Below, piece after piece: positions 18,381-27,501 of a stretch of 64,000 bases of DNA; the first letter of the stretch is position 1; every line of letters starts with the position of its first letter. Under the pieces are notes generated by a model. That model had not been told where the DNA came from and made no database searches. It was given only the letters and a program-made list of their open reading frames with translations. The DNA lies in IMG/VR virus record IMGVR_UViG_3300042350_004191, positions 1 through 64,000 of that record. One strand, given 5' to 3'. The position numbers and the translations under genes are program-made.

Positions 18381-18686
18381 TTACTTTTTCGCTTCCATCG
18401 GAAGCTTCACGCAGTTGCAGAATTCCACATCTGCGAGTGCATCTTGCTCTGTCATGCTTCCCTCATCGATCATGTCTGAGTAGATGCAGACAGCAATCTC
18501 ACGGAGAGAAGAGGCTTTCATTTCCCAACCATTCCCCCAGTTGTTTCCATTGTTGGGAAGTTCCATGTCCCTCTTCGCATGAGAGCAAGTGGAAGCATGG
18601 ACACGGAAGGCTCCGTGTCTCCAGCTTGCAGGACCACAGACTTGTACGGACAGTTCTTTCGATTTGGTGATAGTAGGTGTTCTCAT
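18381..18686 (-). CDS. Early small Cys/His-containing protein
   Basis: ORF with its own promoter; HASTCSH...FCNC. Confidence 0.65.
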   Translation of the reverse strand: MRTPTITKSKELSVQVCGPASWRHGAFRVHASTCSHAKRDMELPNNGNNWGNGWEMKASSLREIAVCIYSDMIDEGSMTEQDALADVEFCNCVKLPMEAKK

Positions 18687-18696
18687 AACAGGAAAG

Positions 18697-18725
18697 AGTG
18701 TCGCACAAATTACTTGTAAGGTCGA
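18697..18725 (-). promoter_or_regulatory. Boxed early-type promoter
   Basis: TCGACC-ttacaagtaatttgtgc-GACACT-ctttcctgtt-ATG. Confidence 0.75.
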
Positions 18726-19064
18726 GAATAAAAACCGATTGGATTTAAGTTTCCAATTGTCCTACAATCGCTGAAAATTTTTGCCCTATATATGTAAGAC
18801 AATTAGATTTTGATTGTCTTACGAATTATTGGCTGTCTGAAAACCGTTGTTACCTGACACTATGATGCAACGTAACACGATGTTGAATTGTAAGACAATT
18901 AGATTTCCGAGCAAAGAAGAACCCCAAGGATTTCTCCTTGGGGTTTTGAGCTATTTGTTTTCTTCGTTTAGCTTCGCAACCTCATCGAGCCATGCTTCGT
19001 ATTCGGAAGCAAACTCATCGCTCTGCATGATGGTATTGAAGTCATCGGTGACTGGATTCATAAG

Positions 19065-19286
19065 CTATTCACCCCAATGGGAGATCCTGCAACGCATCAG
19101 ATAGCAAGTCTCATCGTGCCAGAAGTTACAGACAAAAACGCAGTTAGGGATAGGACCAATAGCTTCACTGCTGCGATCAATGAAGAGTCCCTGTTGCCAG
19201 CATTCATTACGAATGCCCCGATCTTTCCACCGAAGCGGAATGTATTGACTCCACCAAACTGAGTCGGTTGTGGTTTTAGTGCTCAT
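19065..19286 (-). CDS. Early hypothetical Trp/Cys-rich protein
   Basis: ORF with its own promoter; terminator hairpin at ~18914-18946. Confidence 0.6.
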   Translation of the reverse strand: MSTKTTTDSVWWSQYIPLRWKDRGIRNECWQQGLFIDRSSEAIGPIPNCVFVCNFWHDETCYLMRCRISHWGE

Positions 19287-19296
19287 AACAGGAATG

Positions 19297-19325
19297 AAAC
19301 TACTACGGATTACTTGTCAGCACAA
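19297..19325 (-). promoter_or_regulatory. Boxed early-type promoter
   Basis: TTGTGC-tgacaagtaatccgtag-TAGTTT-cattcctgtt-ATG. Confidence 0.7.
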
Positions 19326-19435
19326 GAAAAAAAACCAATTGGATTCAAATACCCGATTGTAAGACAATTAGAATATTATTGACAAAAGCAAAAAACCCCC
19401 ACCTTTCGGTGAGGGTCTTTTGTGATTCTTATCCC

Positions 19436-20482
19436 TTACTTGGTAGCGAGGATTGCTTCACGCCCAAGCTGCAAGATCTCTTTGCGACGAGCATCATTCG
19501 AGAGCATCGCAACAAACGCTTGCTTATGTTCAGCAGCACTACCCATCGCAGAGCGATAGAGGCGGCTACCTTGGGAGTTAGTGCGTCCAGTGCCATTGCC
19601 ATGAGTCCAAAACTCTGTTGCACCATTGGCAAGGTCATACAGGGTTTCGCCAGTGTTCCCGATACCACGCGCAAAGAGCAACGTGATTTCGTTTGCTGCA
19701 TTCACTGCGCGAGTCGAGAGTTCGACAGTGCCAGTGGTTTTGGCAAAGTATCCCATAGCCATTGCAAGGGCTTCGTTATTGTCAACCCTGCAAGAGGAGA
19801 GATACTCCATGACTTCGACCAGATTGGCGCGACCTTTGAGGATAGCGTTAACCAAGTCTCCGAGGTTTTCCATGGCGAGCTTCGCGTTCTTGGTATGGTA
19901 AACCTTGAAGCTAACATCACCCATTGCTTCCATCGACCAACGCAAGGTGTTCATGCAGATGATTCGGATGATCGAATCATAAACATTCATTGCAATGGTG
20001 CCATCATGGGAAGTGACAAAGTTCAAGTGGGCTTTGAATTTCTCTTTTCCACGCTTGTTGACTTTGACTTCCAGATCCGACCCATTCAGTGCAACACTGA
20101 TGGCGAATTTCTTCCCACGCTCCAGCGAGCAGATCGAGGAGATTTTGGCTCCCAAATCTTTGATCGCAGCTTCGAGGGTGTTCCAAACCTCTTCGTTTGA
20201 GATAGGCGTATAGCCAGCCTTGGGAATGTGCAGAGGCACAATCTGATCTACAACGTCGAGGTCATCGCGGCATTCGCGGTGATCCGCGAGCAGCACTTTA
20301 TACTTGTCCAAGGTGATCTGGCGACCATCCAAGTAGACAAGTGCAGGGGATTCAGCGACCTTGAAGAAGTGCTTTTTGGCAACCTCTCTGTCGATCACTT
20401 GACGGTGATTCGCCATCGTATGCCACTCAGTGCCTTCGATGGAGTCTACCATATCATGCGGTAATACTATTCCATGACTCAT
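19436..20482 (-). CDS. DUF932 (phage/plasmid-like, TIGR03299-type) protein
   Basis: SLERGKKF, TSHDGT, IRIICMNTL and HTKN motifs; terminator at 19390-19418. Confidence 0.8.
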   Translation of the reverse strand: MSHGIVLPHDMVDSIEGTEWHTMANHRQVIDREVAKKHFFKVAESPALVYLDGRQITLDKYKVLLADHRECRDDLDVVDQIVPLHIPKAGYTPISNEEVWNTLEAAIKDLGAKISSICSLERGKKFAISVALNGSDLEVKVNKRGKEKFKAHLNFVTSHDGTIAMNVYDSIIRIICMNTLRWSMEAMGDVSFKVYHTKNAKLAMENLGDLVNAILKGRANLVEVMEYLSSCRVDNNEALAMAMGYFAKTTGTVELSTRAVNAANEITLLFARGIGNTGETLYDLANGATEFWTHGNGTGRTNSQGSRLYRSAMGSAAEHKQAFVAMLSNDARRKEILQLGREAILATK

Positions 20483-20548
20483 ATATTTTGTGTCTTTCTT
20501 TTGTGTTTTGGTTAGTTAGCTGAATACTTCTTGCATTCAACTGTCCCT

Positions 20549-20577
20549 ATCCTAATTGAGATTACTTGTAAGTGCAA
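20549..20577 (-). promoter_or_regulatory. Boxed early-type promoter
   Basis: TTGCAC-ttacaagtaatctcaat-TAGGAT. Confidence 0.75.
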
Positions 20578-20882
20578 GTTTTATTTTCATTCTTTTTTAA
20601 TTAAATCCAATTGTCTTACAAATCGAGGTCAGTCTGTTTGTCTTACAAAGTGTTGACAATCAACAACATCCATCCGATTGTCTTACGATCTATTCACCTG
20701 TGAAAAAGGGAGGAAGATTTCTCCTCCTCCCTTTACCACTACACCACACACAAAACTTTATGAAGGCATATCCCAACCTTCATCGTATGCTTCTTTCCAT
20801 GCACGATAGTAATTGTATGCTGCCCATCCAATCACTGACAATGCACCAACAAGCACACCGAGGATAAATGAAATGAAAATAC

Positions 20883-21203
20883 TCATTCGGAAACTTCCAA
20901 TTTGGTTGGTTCGTAGTATTGATGTTGAGGCGCATCATACCATTCTTCTGTGGAGACTTCACCTTTGACCAGATCATATGTGATGTTGTCTCCGTAGTTG
21001 CTACCATCACCAGCACCCGAATAGGAATAGACTTCCCATGCCCAGTCTTCAATCTCTTGGGCGAAGTTGTTATTTTGTTCTGGTGCTAATCCAACGTGCA
21101 AATATCCTTCGTCACTTCCACCAGAAAACTCAAGGACGATTTGTTCGACTCCAAGTTTCTTGGCTTTGTTGTAGATTTTTTTAGATAGAGGTTGTGCTTC
21201 CAT
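20883..21203 (-). CDS. DUF6878-like protein
   Basis: VLEFSGGSDEG and GAGDG..YG.I motifs. Confidence 0.6.
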   Translation of the reverse strand: MEAQPLSKKIYNKAKKLGVEQIVLEFSGGSDEGYLHVGLAPEQNNNFAQEIEDWAWEVYSYSGAGDGSNYGDNITYDLVKGEVSTEEWYDAPQHQYYEPTKLEVSE

Positions 21204-21204
21204 G

Positions 21205-21588
21205 TTATTTGATTTCTAATTTGGTTGTTTGGGTTTTCTTGCCGACAGTCATCATCCACTTTGGAGGATTGTTAGTCAGCATGAAAAGGTAATCCTTTGG
21301 AGTCGGAATGAATCCGCAGTCTTCTTGGATATGTTGCTCCGCGAGCATCTTGGTAGGAATCTCCTGTCCATTGCTATTAGTGATAGCATGACCAAACTCT
21401 TTGATTGCCCATTGGATACCAGCAGAATGATGACGCAGTGCGCGATGAGTCCAATCTCCTGTGAAGGCTTTTGTTTCATCGAACCAGTCATGGAGTTCGA
21501 CGTAATCCATCGGATCGCCACCCCATTTAGAGGCTGATGATTGTGCGTGTTTGTAAGGTGTCATAGGATTTCGATTAGTTGTTTCCAA
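21205..21588 (-). CDS. DUF6915-like protein
   Basis: PYKHAQSSASKWGG, HDWFDETK, HRALRHH and EQHIQEDCG motifs. Confidence 0.7.
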   Translation of the reverse strand: METTNRNPMTPYKHAQSSASKWGGDPMDYVELHDWFDETKAFTGDWTHRALRHHSAGIQWAIKEFGHAITNSNGQEIPTKMLAEQHIQEDCGFIPTPKDYLFMLTNNPPKWMMTVGKKTQTTKLEIK

Positions 21589-21720
21589 GACCTTCTCGCA
21601 TTTTGAAATGATCTTCCATGTATCTTAATGCTTTTTCTTCATCAAAATTATAAGTCTCCATGACATACTGGACAGCCTCTTCAAAAGTCAATTCAGTATC
21701 GGGGTTGTTCCATTCTTTTT

Positions 21721-22305
21721 TCATTTGCTGTAAGACTTCCAGATTTCCAAATCCATGTCAGCAATATTCTTTCCTGCTTTTTCGCATTCGGAAATAAAAT
21801 CCAATTCAATTTTCCGATACTTCTTCTTGTTGGAAGGAGTTGCTTTCGGGACATTGTATCCCTTCTCTGACATATACTTGAGGATGTGTGTATCCAAGAC
21901 AGCAACCTTCATGTCTGGACGAGAGTGCAGGACAAAGAACCGAGATGTCTTGGGTCCGATTCCCTCTACGGATTCCAGTTCTTGGCAACTGACAGTATGA
22001 AGTCTTCCTTCAAACTGGAGAATGCCACGGAAAGCTTTTTCAATCCGATTGTATTGTCCGAGCTTGTAGTGCTTCAAACGTCCCACCAAGGTTCCAGAGT
22101 CAACCATAGCATCGTTATAGTTGACGAGGTAGCGCAACCATTTGAAAGGAGAAACCCCAATGACTCTGGATGTCCACAAAAACTGATTGAGTTTTTCTGC
22201 CTGTGTCTTTGCCGTCTTACCAGCAACGAGGATGGCAAACATGAGAAACTCTTCGAGTTCTTCTTGGGTTCGATTGTAGTTAGTGATGTCTGTTGGTGTT
22301 ATCAT
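21721..22305 (-). CDS. HhH DNA glycosylase, Ogg-like
   Basis: VEGIGPKTSRFF HhH; AVLDTHILK; DLEIW C-terminus. Confidence 0.75.
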   Translation of the reverse strand: MITPTDITNYNRTQEELEEFLMFAILVAGKTAKTQAEKLNQFLWTSRVIGVSPFKWLRYLVNYNDAMVDSGTLVGRLKHYKLGQYNRIEKAFRGILQFEGRLHTVSCQELESVEGIGPKTSRFFVLHSRPDMKVAVLDTHILKYMSEKGYNVPKATPSNKKKYRKIELDFISECEKAGKNIADMDLEIWKSYSK

Positions 22306-22315
22306 GGTGGTAGTG

Positions 22316-22343
22316 GTTGTATCAGATTAGTTGTAAAGGTCAA
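22316..22343 (-). promoter_or_regulatory. Boxed early-type promoter
   Basis: TTGACC-tttacaactaatctga-TACAAC. Confidence 0.6.
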
Positions 22344-22351
22344 GATTTATT

Positions 22352-22546
22352 TCAAACACAGTATGCTTCGAGTGCATCGAGTTTTTTGGCACAGATGAGA
22401 ACAAGCATTGCTTGAGTAATCTTTACTCCACACTTTGCTGTGTAACTCATAGGGATGTTGGGAAACTCTGGAGTGGAAACAGTCTCTCCGTCGAATACCA
22501 CAGGGAAAGCATCTCCTGCAATGTTTATCCAAATTGTTTTTTTCAT
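22352..22546 (-). CDS. Hypothetical protein
   Basis: ORF in operon. Confidence 0.5.
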   Translation of the reverse strand: MKKTIWINIAGDAFPVVFDGETVSTPEFPNIPMSYTAKCGVKITQAMLVLICAKKLDALEAYCV

Positions 22547-22774
22547 TTAGATTTTCTCCTTCACACGGATGAGTTCGTCTGCTGTGCGATAGGTGACTTT
22601 GGTGAGTTGCAACAAAGGTGCTTGGTCAACCTCGCCACCAGAAAGAATCTTCGTGATGCGATAGTCAACGCCATTGCTGATGACAGTATCACCCAATTCC
22701 AATTCGTTTCCTTCTTGGTCAAGGACAAATGGTTTACAATCTTCGTCGGATAGGTAGTAGTTGGTTTTTTTCAT
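22547..22774 (-). CDS. Hypothetical protein
   Basis: ORF in operon. Confidence 0.55.
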   Translation of the reverse strand: MKKTNYYLSDEDCKPFVLDQEGNELELGDTVISNGVDYRITKILSGGEVDQAPLLQLTKVTYRTADELIRVKEKI

Positions 22775-23010
22775 GGAAGGTCTTTATAGAATTTTAGAAC
22801 GCCTCGGTCAATAAGATTTTGCACTTCTCCACATTCAATCTTTCCACGCTCACCATCGGAATCAATGAACCACACGTTCCCATTTGGTGCTTCACTGGAC
22901 AGAAGAAGAACAGAGCCTTCTCTATGGTTTTTGTAAATCTGTGGATTGGGGTTATGAACATTGCTGTCGTATCCCAATTGAATTGGTTTTTGGACGATAT
23001 AGGATTTCAT
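22771..23010 (-). CDS. Hypothetical protein (start re-called at MKSYIVQ)
   Basis: The longer ORF call overlaps tRNA-Cys. Confidence 0.55.
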   Translation of the reverse strand: MKSYIVQKPIQLGYDSNVHNPNPQIYKNHREGSVLLLSSEAPNGNVWFIDSDGERGKIECGEVQNLIDRGVLKFYKDLP

Positions 23011-23027
23011 TTGGTTTTTAGTGGTTA

Positions 23028-23099
23028 AGCATCGTGTTGGATTTGAACCAACGTATAAGAGTTTTGCAGACTCTCGCCTTACCACTTGGCTAACGATGC
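23028..23099 (-). tRNA. tRNA-Cys(GCA)
   Basis: GCATCGT/ACGATGC acceptor stem, U73, anticodon arm AGAGT-CTGCAAA-ACTCT. Confidence 0.92.
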
Positions 23100-23114
23100 G
23101 TCAATGTGGCGAGC

Positions 23115-23143
23115 ATCATGCCCAAAATTACTTGTAAGGTCAA
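23115..23143 (-). promoter_or_regulatory. Boxed early-type promoter (drives tRNA-Cys)
   Basis: TTGACC-ttacaagtaattttggg-CATGAT. Confidence 0.75.
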
Positions 23144-23441
23144 ATCTTTTTTTAGGGGTCTGAGAGAATTCTCTGATTGTAAGACAATTAGATTTTCCTT
23201 GACTAAGAATTTATTTCTGATATTATCTATAACCTTTTGATTGTAAGACAATTAGATCTGATTGTCTTACATGTCGGCGTTCAACGACATTCAGGAATGT
23301 TGCCTAATGCCGACATCGGTATCACAAATTGTGATTTCAAAAACGTTTGCAAACAGACATGTATTATGTGTCTGTCTGCAAACAAAACAAAGAGGGTCGA
23401 GCCTTTCGACCCGACCCTCTTACCACTACTACCACCAAAAA

Positions 23442-23690
23442 CTATTTAGATTCTTTTTGTTTAGCTCTCAGCTTTTTTAATTTGTCCCAGAGTTTAGCAT
23501 GTTCAACATTAAAGCTCTGATATTCTTCATACAGTCCCTTATCGAGGAAGCATGAAATATTATCTCCTAAATCATCAACAAACTCCAAATCATCTACAAG
23601 AGTCAAAGCAACGTCATGAAGGTCAGACCAAACTTCTTCGAGCCTGTTTAACAATTCTTGTTCTTTCTTTTCAAATGTATTCTTTTTCAT
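23442..23690 (-). CDS. Hypothetical helical protein
   Basis: ORF; terminator hairpin at 23390-23421 follows. Confidence 0.55.
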   Translation of the reverse strand: MKKNTFEKKEQELLNRLEEVWSDLHDVALTLVDDLEFVDDLGDNISCFLDKGLYEEYQSFNVEHAKLWDKLKKLRAKQKESK

Positions 23691-23694
23691 GGTG

Positions 23695-23946
23695 TTAGCT
23701 ATTCAGCCAGTTGATGAACCTCATAGTAAAATGAGCAATGATATATATTTCAGCGATCACTGATAGTAAGACAATCAGATAAAAGCCCCTAACAATCCAG
23801 ATGTCTTTGTTCGAGTTAATCATATCTTGTATTATTTTTTTCCTTTCTTCTTGGATGTATTCTGATTCAAAACTGTATTTGGAAAGAGGCTCATTGTCCT
23901 CTCGCGTATGCGCGTGTGTGCGCTGTATTGAATCAGGGTGTTCCAT
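23695..23946 (-). CDS. Membrane protein (C-terminal TM)
   Basis: Hydrophobic C-terminal helix. Confidence 0.55.
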   Translation of the reverse strand: MEHPDSIQRTHAHTREDNEPLSKYSFESEYIQEERKKIIQDMINSNKDIWIVRGFYLIVLLSVIAEIYIIAHFTMRFINWLNS

Positions 23947-23963
23947 TTTAGCACAGTGTTGTA

Positions 23964-24125
23964 TTAATACCAGTAGTAGGCTCGAACACGATTTTGTTCA
24001 GGGTGTTTGGCGAGATTCGGTGTCTTAAAGACAGCCATTGCTTCTCGTTGCACCTGTCGTTCCCACCTACTGACAGATGAGCAACCAGCAGTTCCTAATA
24101 GTAAGACAATTAGAATAGTTTTCAT
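23964..24125 (-). CDS. Small lipoprotein (53 aa, not in ORF track)
   Basis: MKTILIVLLLGTAGCSSVSRW...; lipobox TAGC; overlaps the stop of the upstream gene. Confidence 0.65.
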   Translation of the reverse strand: MKTILIVLLLGTAGCSSVSRWERQVQREAMAVFKTPNLAKHPEQNRVRAYYWY

Positions 24126-24601
24126 TAGGCTGCAATTTTCAAATCAGTAGGAACCTTGGCAGTCTTTCCTGTAAAGGTTTCGTAATACTCTACTGCATGT
24201 TGCCATTCAGTATCTTCCATTGTTCCATCAGAAGAGAAGTCGAATACTTCTTTGGGGAAGATGTGTGCAAAGGTTAGCAGTGCAAAACATACGAGAAGAT
24301 CGTAGGGTTTACGGGCTGTCTTGCAGAAGTCGCTCCAGTTGCCAAGCAAGTTAGGGCGCGACCAGTGCATACCAAAGGTTTCGTGATCGAGTCCTTCAGC
24401 TTGATTTCCATTGAACCAGACTTCGGTTTCGTTGAAGATAGGATCACCTTCTCCGAGTCCTCCTCGAATCTCGATACCCTTGTTAGGCAACCATTCAGCA
24501 AACTTCTTAATCTGCTGACTGGCTTTCTTGAACTTCTTGCGAAGCTGTTCAGTATTTTGAACCTTATTAGGCTCAAACTTCCAGTAGTGTGTGTATCCCA
24601 T
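24125..24601 (-). CDS. Conserved phage hypothetical protein (start re-called at MGYTHYW)
   Basis: MGYTHYW, FNG...HETF and FCKTARKPYD motifs. Confidence 0.75.
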   Translation of the reverse strand: MGYTHYWKFEPNKVQNTEQLRKKFKKASQQIKKFAEWLPNKGIEIRGGLGEGDPIFNETEVWFNGNQAEGLDHETFGMHWSRPNLLGNWSDFCKTARKPYDLLVCFALLTFAHIFPKEVFDFSSDGTMEDTEWQHAVEYYETFTGKTAKVPTDLKIAA

Positions 24602-24602
24602 A

Positions 24603-24911
24603 TTATTGTTCTCCGTTGAAATGGTATTCGTATTCCGCTGCCTCGACAAGCAGGTTGATGATACCAACGCCAAACTTGTCTTGGGGGTCGCTATCCATTT
24701 CATGGTAATGATCGGCAGCGATGCCATAGTTTCCGTTTTTGATTTCATGGCAAACAAACAAGGAGTCTGCGAAATCGTCTGATGCCATCTTGAGAAGCTC
24801 CAGATCGCTATTACGAGCATAGCGTTCCATGAGTTTGAGGTAGTATGGCTTGAACCGCTTGATGTGGTTGTCTGCCATTTTGTTTAGCTTTGCTTTTGGT
24901 AGTTTTTTCAT
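24603..24911 (-). CDS. Early hypothetical protein
   Basis: Promoter at 24921-24949, TTGACC-ttacagataaaaaccac-TAATCT. Confidence 0.65.
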   Translation of the reverse strand: MKKLPKAKLNKMADNHIKRFKPYYLKLMERYARNSDLELLKMASDDFADSLFVCHEIKNGNYGIAADHYHEMDSDPQDKFGVGIINLLVEAAEYEYHFNGEQ

Positions 24912-24945
24912 AACGCGAGCAGATTAGTGGTTTTTATCTGTAAGG

Positions 24946-25146
24946 TCAAGATTTTTCTGCAAGGTCGATAAGTTGTTGGTGATCAATCCATTTGCCATCA
25001 ACAGTCTTTTGGAACTTGGTGATGATCTTCTGGAATTGTTCATTGGTCAATCCCAAATCTTCCTCGATCCAATCATCCCAATTGGAATTAAGATAACACA
25101 GTGCATAGTCGATGACTCGATCCATTGCTTGTTTATTCTTTTTCAT
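24946..25146 (-). CDS. Hypothetical protein
   Basis: ORF in operon. Confidence 0.5.
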   Translation of the reverse strand: MKKNKQAMDRVIDYALCYLNSNWDDWIEEDLGLTNEQFQKIITKFQKTVDGKWIDHQQLIDLAEKS

Positions 25147-25401
25147 ACTAATTCAATCTGATCTTCGCCACGGAAGATCGTTTGCGGTTGGAGAGGAGCA
25201 AGTTCAAAGATAGGAGTAGGTTCTCCATCATTTCCTTGAGACTCTTGATGAATCTTGTAGATACGATAGAGTTCTTTTTTGCGACCAACTCTCACAATAT
25301 CACCTTCTTTAACCATGTCACCATGCTTGTCACCTGCAATGATTGAGCCTTTGAGTTGGGCATGAACCTCTTCGTAGGTATTAGTAGTTGTATGCATCAT
25401 A

Positions 25402-25611
25402 TTATCTGTCCTCCGCGATCCACCACCCAAGTTGCGCCAAGGCAGCATGAGCAGCATGGTTAACATCAACGGCATCAACCTCAAACAAATCACTTGGATT
25501 GAAATCGTTGACAATCAGAAAAGACTTTTTCTTCCGACGAATCTCACGCTTCACTCTTTCTGTTGGTAAAGAGCGTAGCTTGTTTGTTAGGATTCTTTTT
25601 ACTGTTTTCAT
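25402..25611 (-). CDS. Hypothetical protein
   Basis: ORF in operon. Confidence 0.5.
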   Translation of the reverse strand: MKTVKRILTNKLRSLPTERVKREIRRKKKSFLIVNDFNPSDLFEVDAVDVNHAAHAALAQLGWWIAEDR

Positions 25612-25947
25612 TTAGCAACTCCTGCAAACTGTTGAGGTCACACCAGCAAGTTCGTTTTCCCATTCGGTTGCTGGCTTCAAGAGAGTAAGCTGAACCCTGT
25701 CTCCCTCGTTATCTATGAGGAGCATCAGACAACCATCATCGCTTACAGAAACAATTGAATTGTTTTCTTCCACGAATTTGACATTGTAAGACAGTCCATC
25801 TTCTTCCCAAGAAAGATAAAGGAATTCGTTTTCTTTATCTCCTGTGATTTCATCAAGACTTGGATAGATCAGAGCATTGTTCTCGACAATGACAGCAGCG
25901 CATTCACGAAGTCTGTTGAAGGCTTGTTTAAGTGGTATCTTCTTCAT
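25612..25947 (-). CDS. Early hypothetical protein
   Basis: Promoter at 25957-25985, TTGCCA-tttacaaacaaaaccac-TAACCT. Confidence 0.65.
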   Translation of the reverse strand: MKKIPLKQAFNRLRECAAVIVENNALIYPSLDEITGDKENEFLYLSWEEDGLSYNVKFVEENNSIVSVSDDGCLMLLIDNEGDRVQLTLLKPATEWENELAGVTSTVCRSC

Positions 25948-26017
25948 GTTGGTCAGAGGTTAGTGGTTTTGTTTGTAAATGGCAAGCATTTTTTCTAAAC
26001 CACTGATTGTAAGACAA

Positions 26018-26218
26018 TTATTCTTCCTCAGAGAATTCCAGAAGAGATTCGATATGCTCGAAAGATTCTTTGATCTTCATATTTCCATATGAGATGATCT
26101 TGGATTCGAGTTCGTAATGCTCATCCATTGAATAGCCAGCAAGAAACAGGTGAAGCGCACTGGCAGCTTCTTTGGTTTTCTTGTCGCCATACTTTTTAAT
26201 GAATTGTGTTTTAGTCAT
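26018..26218 (-). CDS. Hypothetical protein
   Basis: ORF. Confidence 0.5.
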   Translation of the reverse strand: MTKTQFIKKYGDKKTKEAASALHLFLAGYSMDEHYELESKIISYGNMKIKESFEHIESLLEFSEEE

Positions 26219-26222
26219 TTTG

Positions 26223-26468
26223 TTATTCGTTTGTATAGAGTCTAGGTGTTACCGCTGTTTTGACAAAACCGTTATACAGTTTAGGTGTAACTTCTGTTTT
26301 GACATGTTTCCATTCAGCGCGATTGCAGTGATGCTCTATCCACCGCTGCAAAAGATTTTGTGCTTTGCAAATGGCAATACGAACCTCATCAAGATCATTT
26401 GTATTACCAGTGATCTCCTTTCGGAGTTGTCCCAAGCATTCTTCGATTTCGATATGTGTCAGTGTCAT
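26223..26468 (-). CDS. Hypothetical protein
   Basis: ORF. Confidence 0.5.
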   Translation of the reverse strand: MTLTHIEIEECLGQLRKEITGNTNDLDEVRIAICKAQNLLQRWIEHHCNRAEWKHVKTEVTPKLYNGFVKTAVTPRLYTNE

Positions 26469-26525
26469 AAAGTATTTGGTGGTTTGGGGTGGGAGAGAAT
26501 ATCCCTCCCACCCCTACCACTACTA

Positions 26526-27464
26526 CTACCAATTCTTCTTCACGAATTTTCCGTTGCTATCACGAACAGCGTAGTATTTCTGTCCGGTAGGTTTCTGTCC
26601 ATAGACACCACGCTCTCCATTAGAGAAGTCGTATTCGTCTTGCATCTCGTCCTCGTAGCTATCGTCATAGTCATCCTCATACTCTCCACCATTGGAGGAG
26701 TAGAGTGGAGCGTCCCATCCCGACTCGTCACGCTGAACCTTAGAACGCCAATCGTCCTTGTATTCAGCAACGACCTCGTAGCGACAGCACCGACCCTTGG
26801 TGTTGTTGTAATCAGCAGGGATGCTGACAACATCCTTGGGATTGATCTTGACGATGACAGTCTTTCCGTTCTCACCATCCGAGAAATTCGGAAGGTATTT
26901 GATGGAACAGAAGTGCAGACCTTGCGAGCAAGTCTGATCCTTGTCCTCACACACACGATTGCGAGGCATCTCACAGATAGAACCAACTTGATTGTTGAAG
27001 GTTCCAGAGTGAATGTCTGTCCAATCGCCACGGATATTCTTGAAGGCAAGGAAGCAACCATCTTCTGTGATGGGAAGCTCACCAGCCTCAAGGAAATCAT
27101 ACAACTCATCCACAGCACGTTTGCTTGGATTCTGCATGAGGTTGGCGAGGAATTTCACCATCGGTTGAAACGGCAAGTCATCGCGCATGAACGCGAGGAT
27201 GCGGTTGGTCAGTGTGTTGTGGATGATTTCACCATTGAAGGTGATAGCACCATCAGCAATCGCCACACCATCAGAGATGTATTGACTGACTTGGTTTCCA
27301 ATGTCCACAAGGTCAACGAAGCTCTCCCAATCGCCCATGCGAATAGCATCCAAGATGCCGTTGTATTTGGGATGATCAGTCTCGACCATATAGGACTTGC
27401 CATCTATCACAGCAGCGATCTTGCCGCTACCAGTGATTGTAACTGCGTTTGTGGTTGTAGCCAT
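26526..27464 (-). CDS. rIIB: RIIB-like protein
   Basis: NPS..AVDELYDFL, ITEDGCFLAFK, EMPRNRV..D...CSQGLH and VVSIPADY..KGRCCRY motifs; adjacent to rIIA. Confidence 0.9.
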   Translation of the reverse strand: MATTTNAVTITGSGKIAAVIDGKSYMVETDHPKYNGILDAIRMGDWESFVDLVDIGNQVSQYISDGVAIADGAITFNGEIIHNTLTNRILAFMRDDLPFQPMVKFLANLMQNPSKRAVDELYDFLEAGELPITEDGCFLAFKNIRGDWTDIHSGTFNNQVGSICEMPRNRVCEDKDQTCSQGLHFCSIKYLPNFSDGENGKTVIVKINPKDVVSIPADYNNTKGRCCRYEVVAEYKDDWRSKVQRDESGWDAPLYSSNGGEYEDDYDDSYEDEMQDEYDFSNGERGVYGQKPTGQKYYAVRDSNGKFVKKNW

Positions 27465-27501
27465 ATTTTCTATTTGGTTTTAGTGTTGTTGTTTCAGTTG
27501 G

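Noticed and set aside
23011-23085. N-terminal extension of ORF 22771-23085
   Set aside because: Overlaps tRNA-Cys; the start at 23010 is preferred
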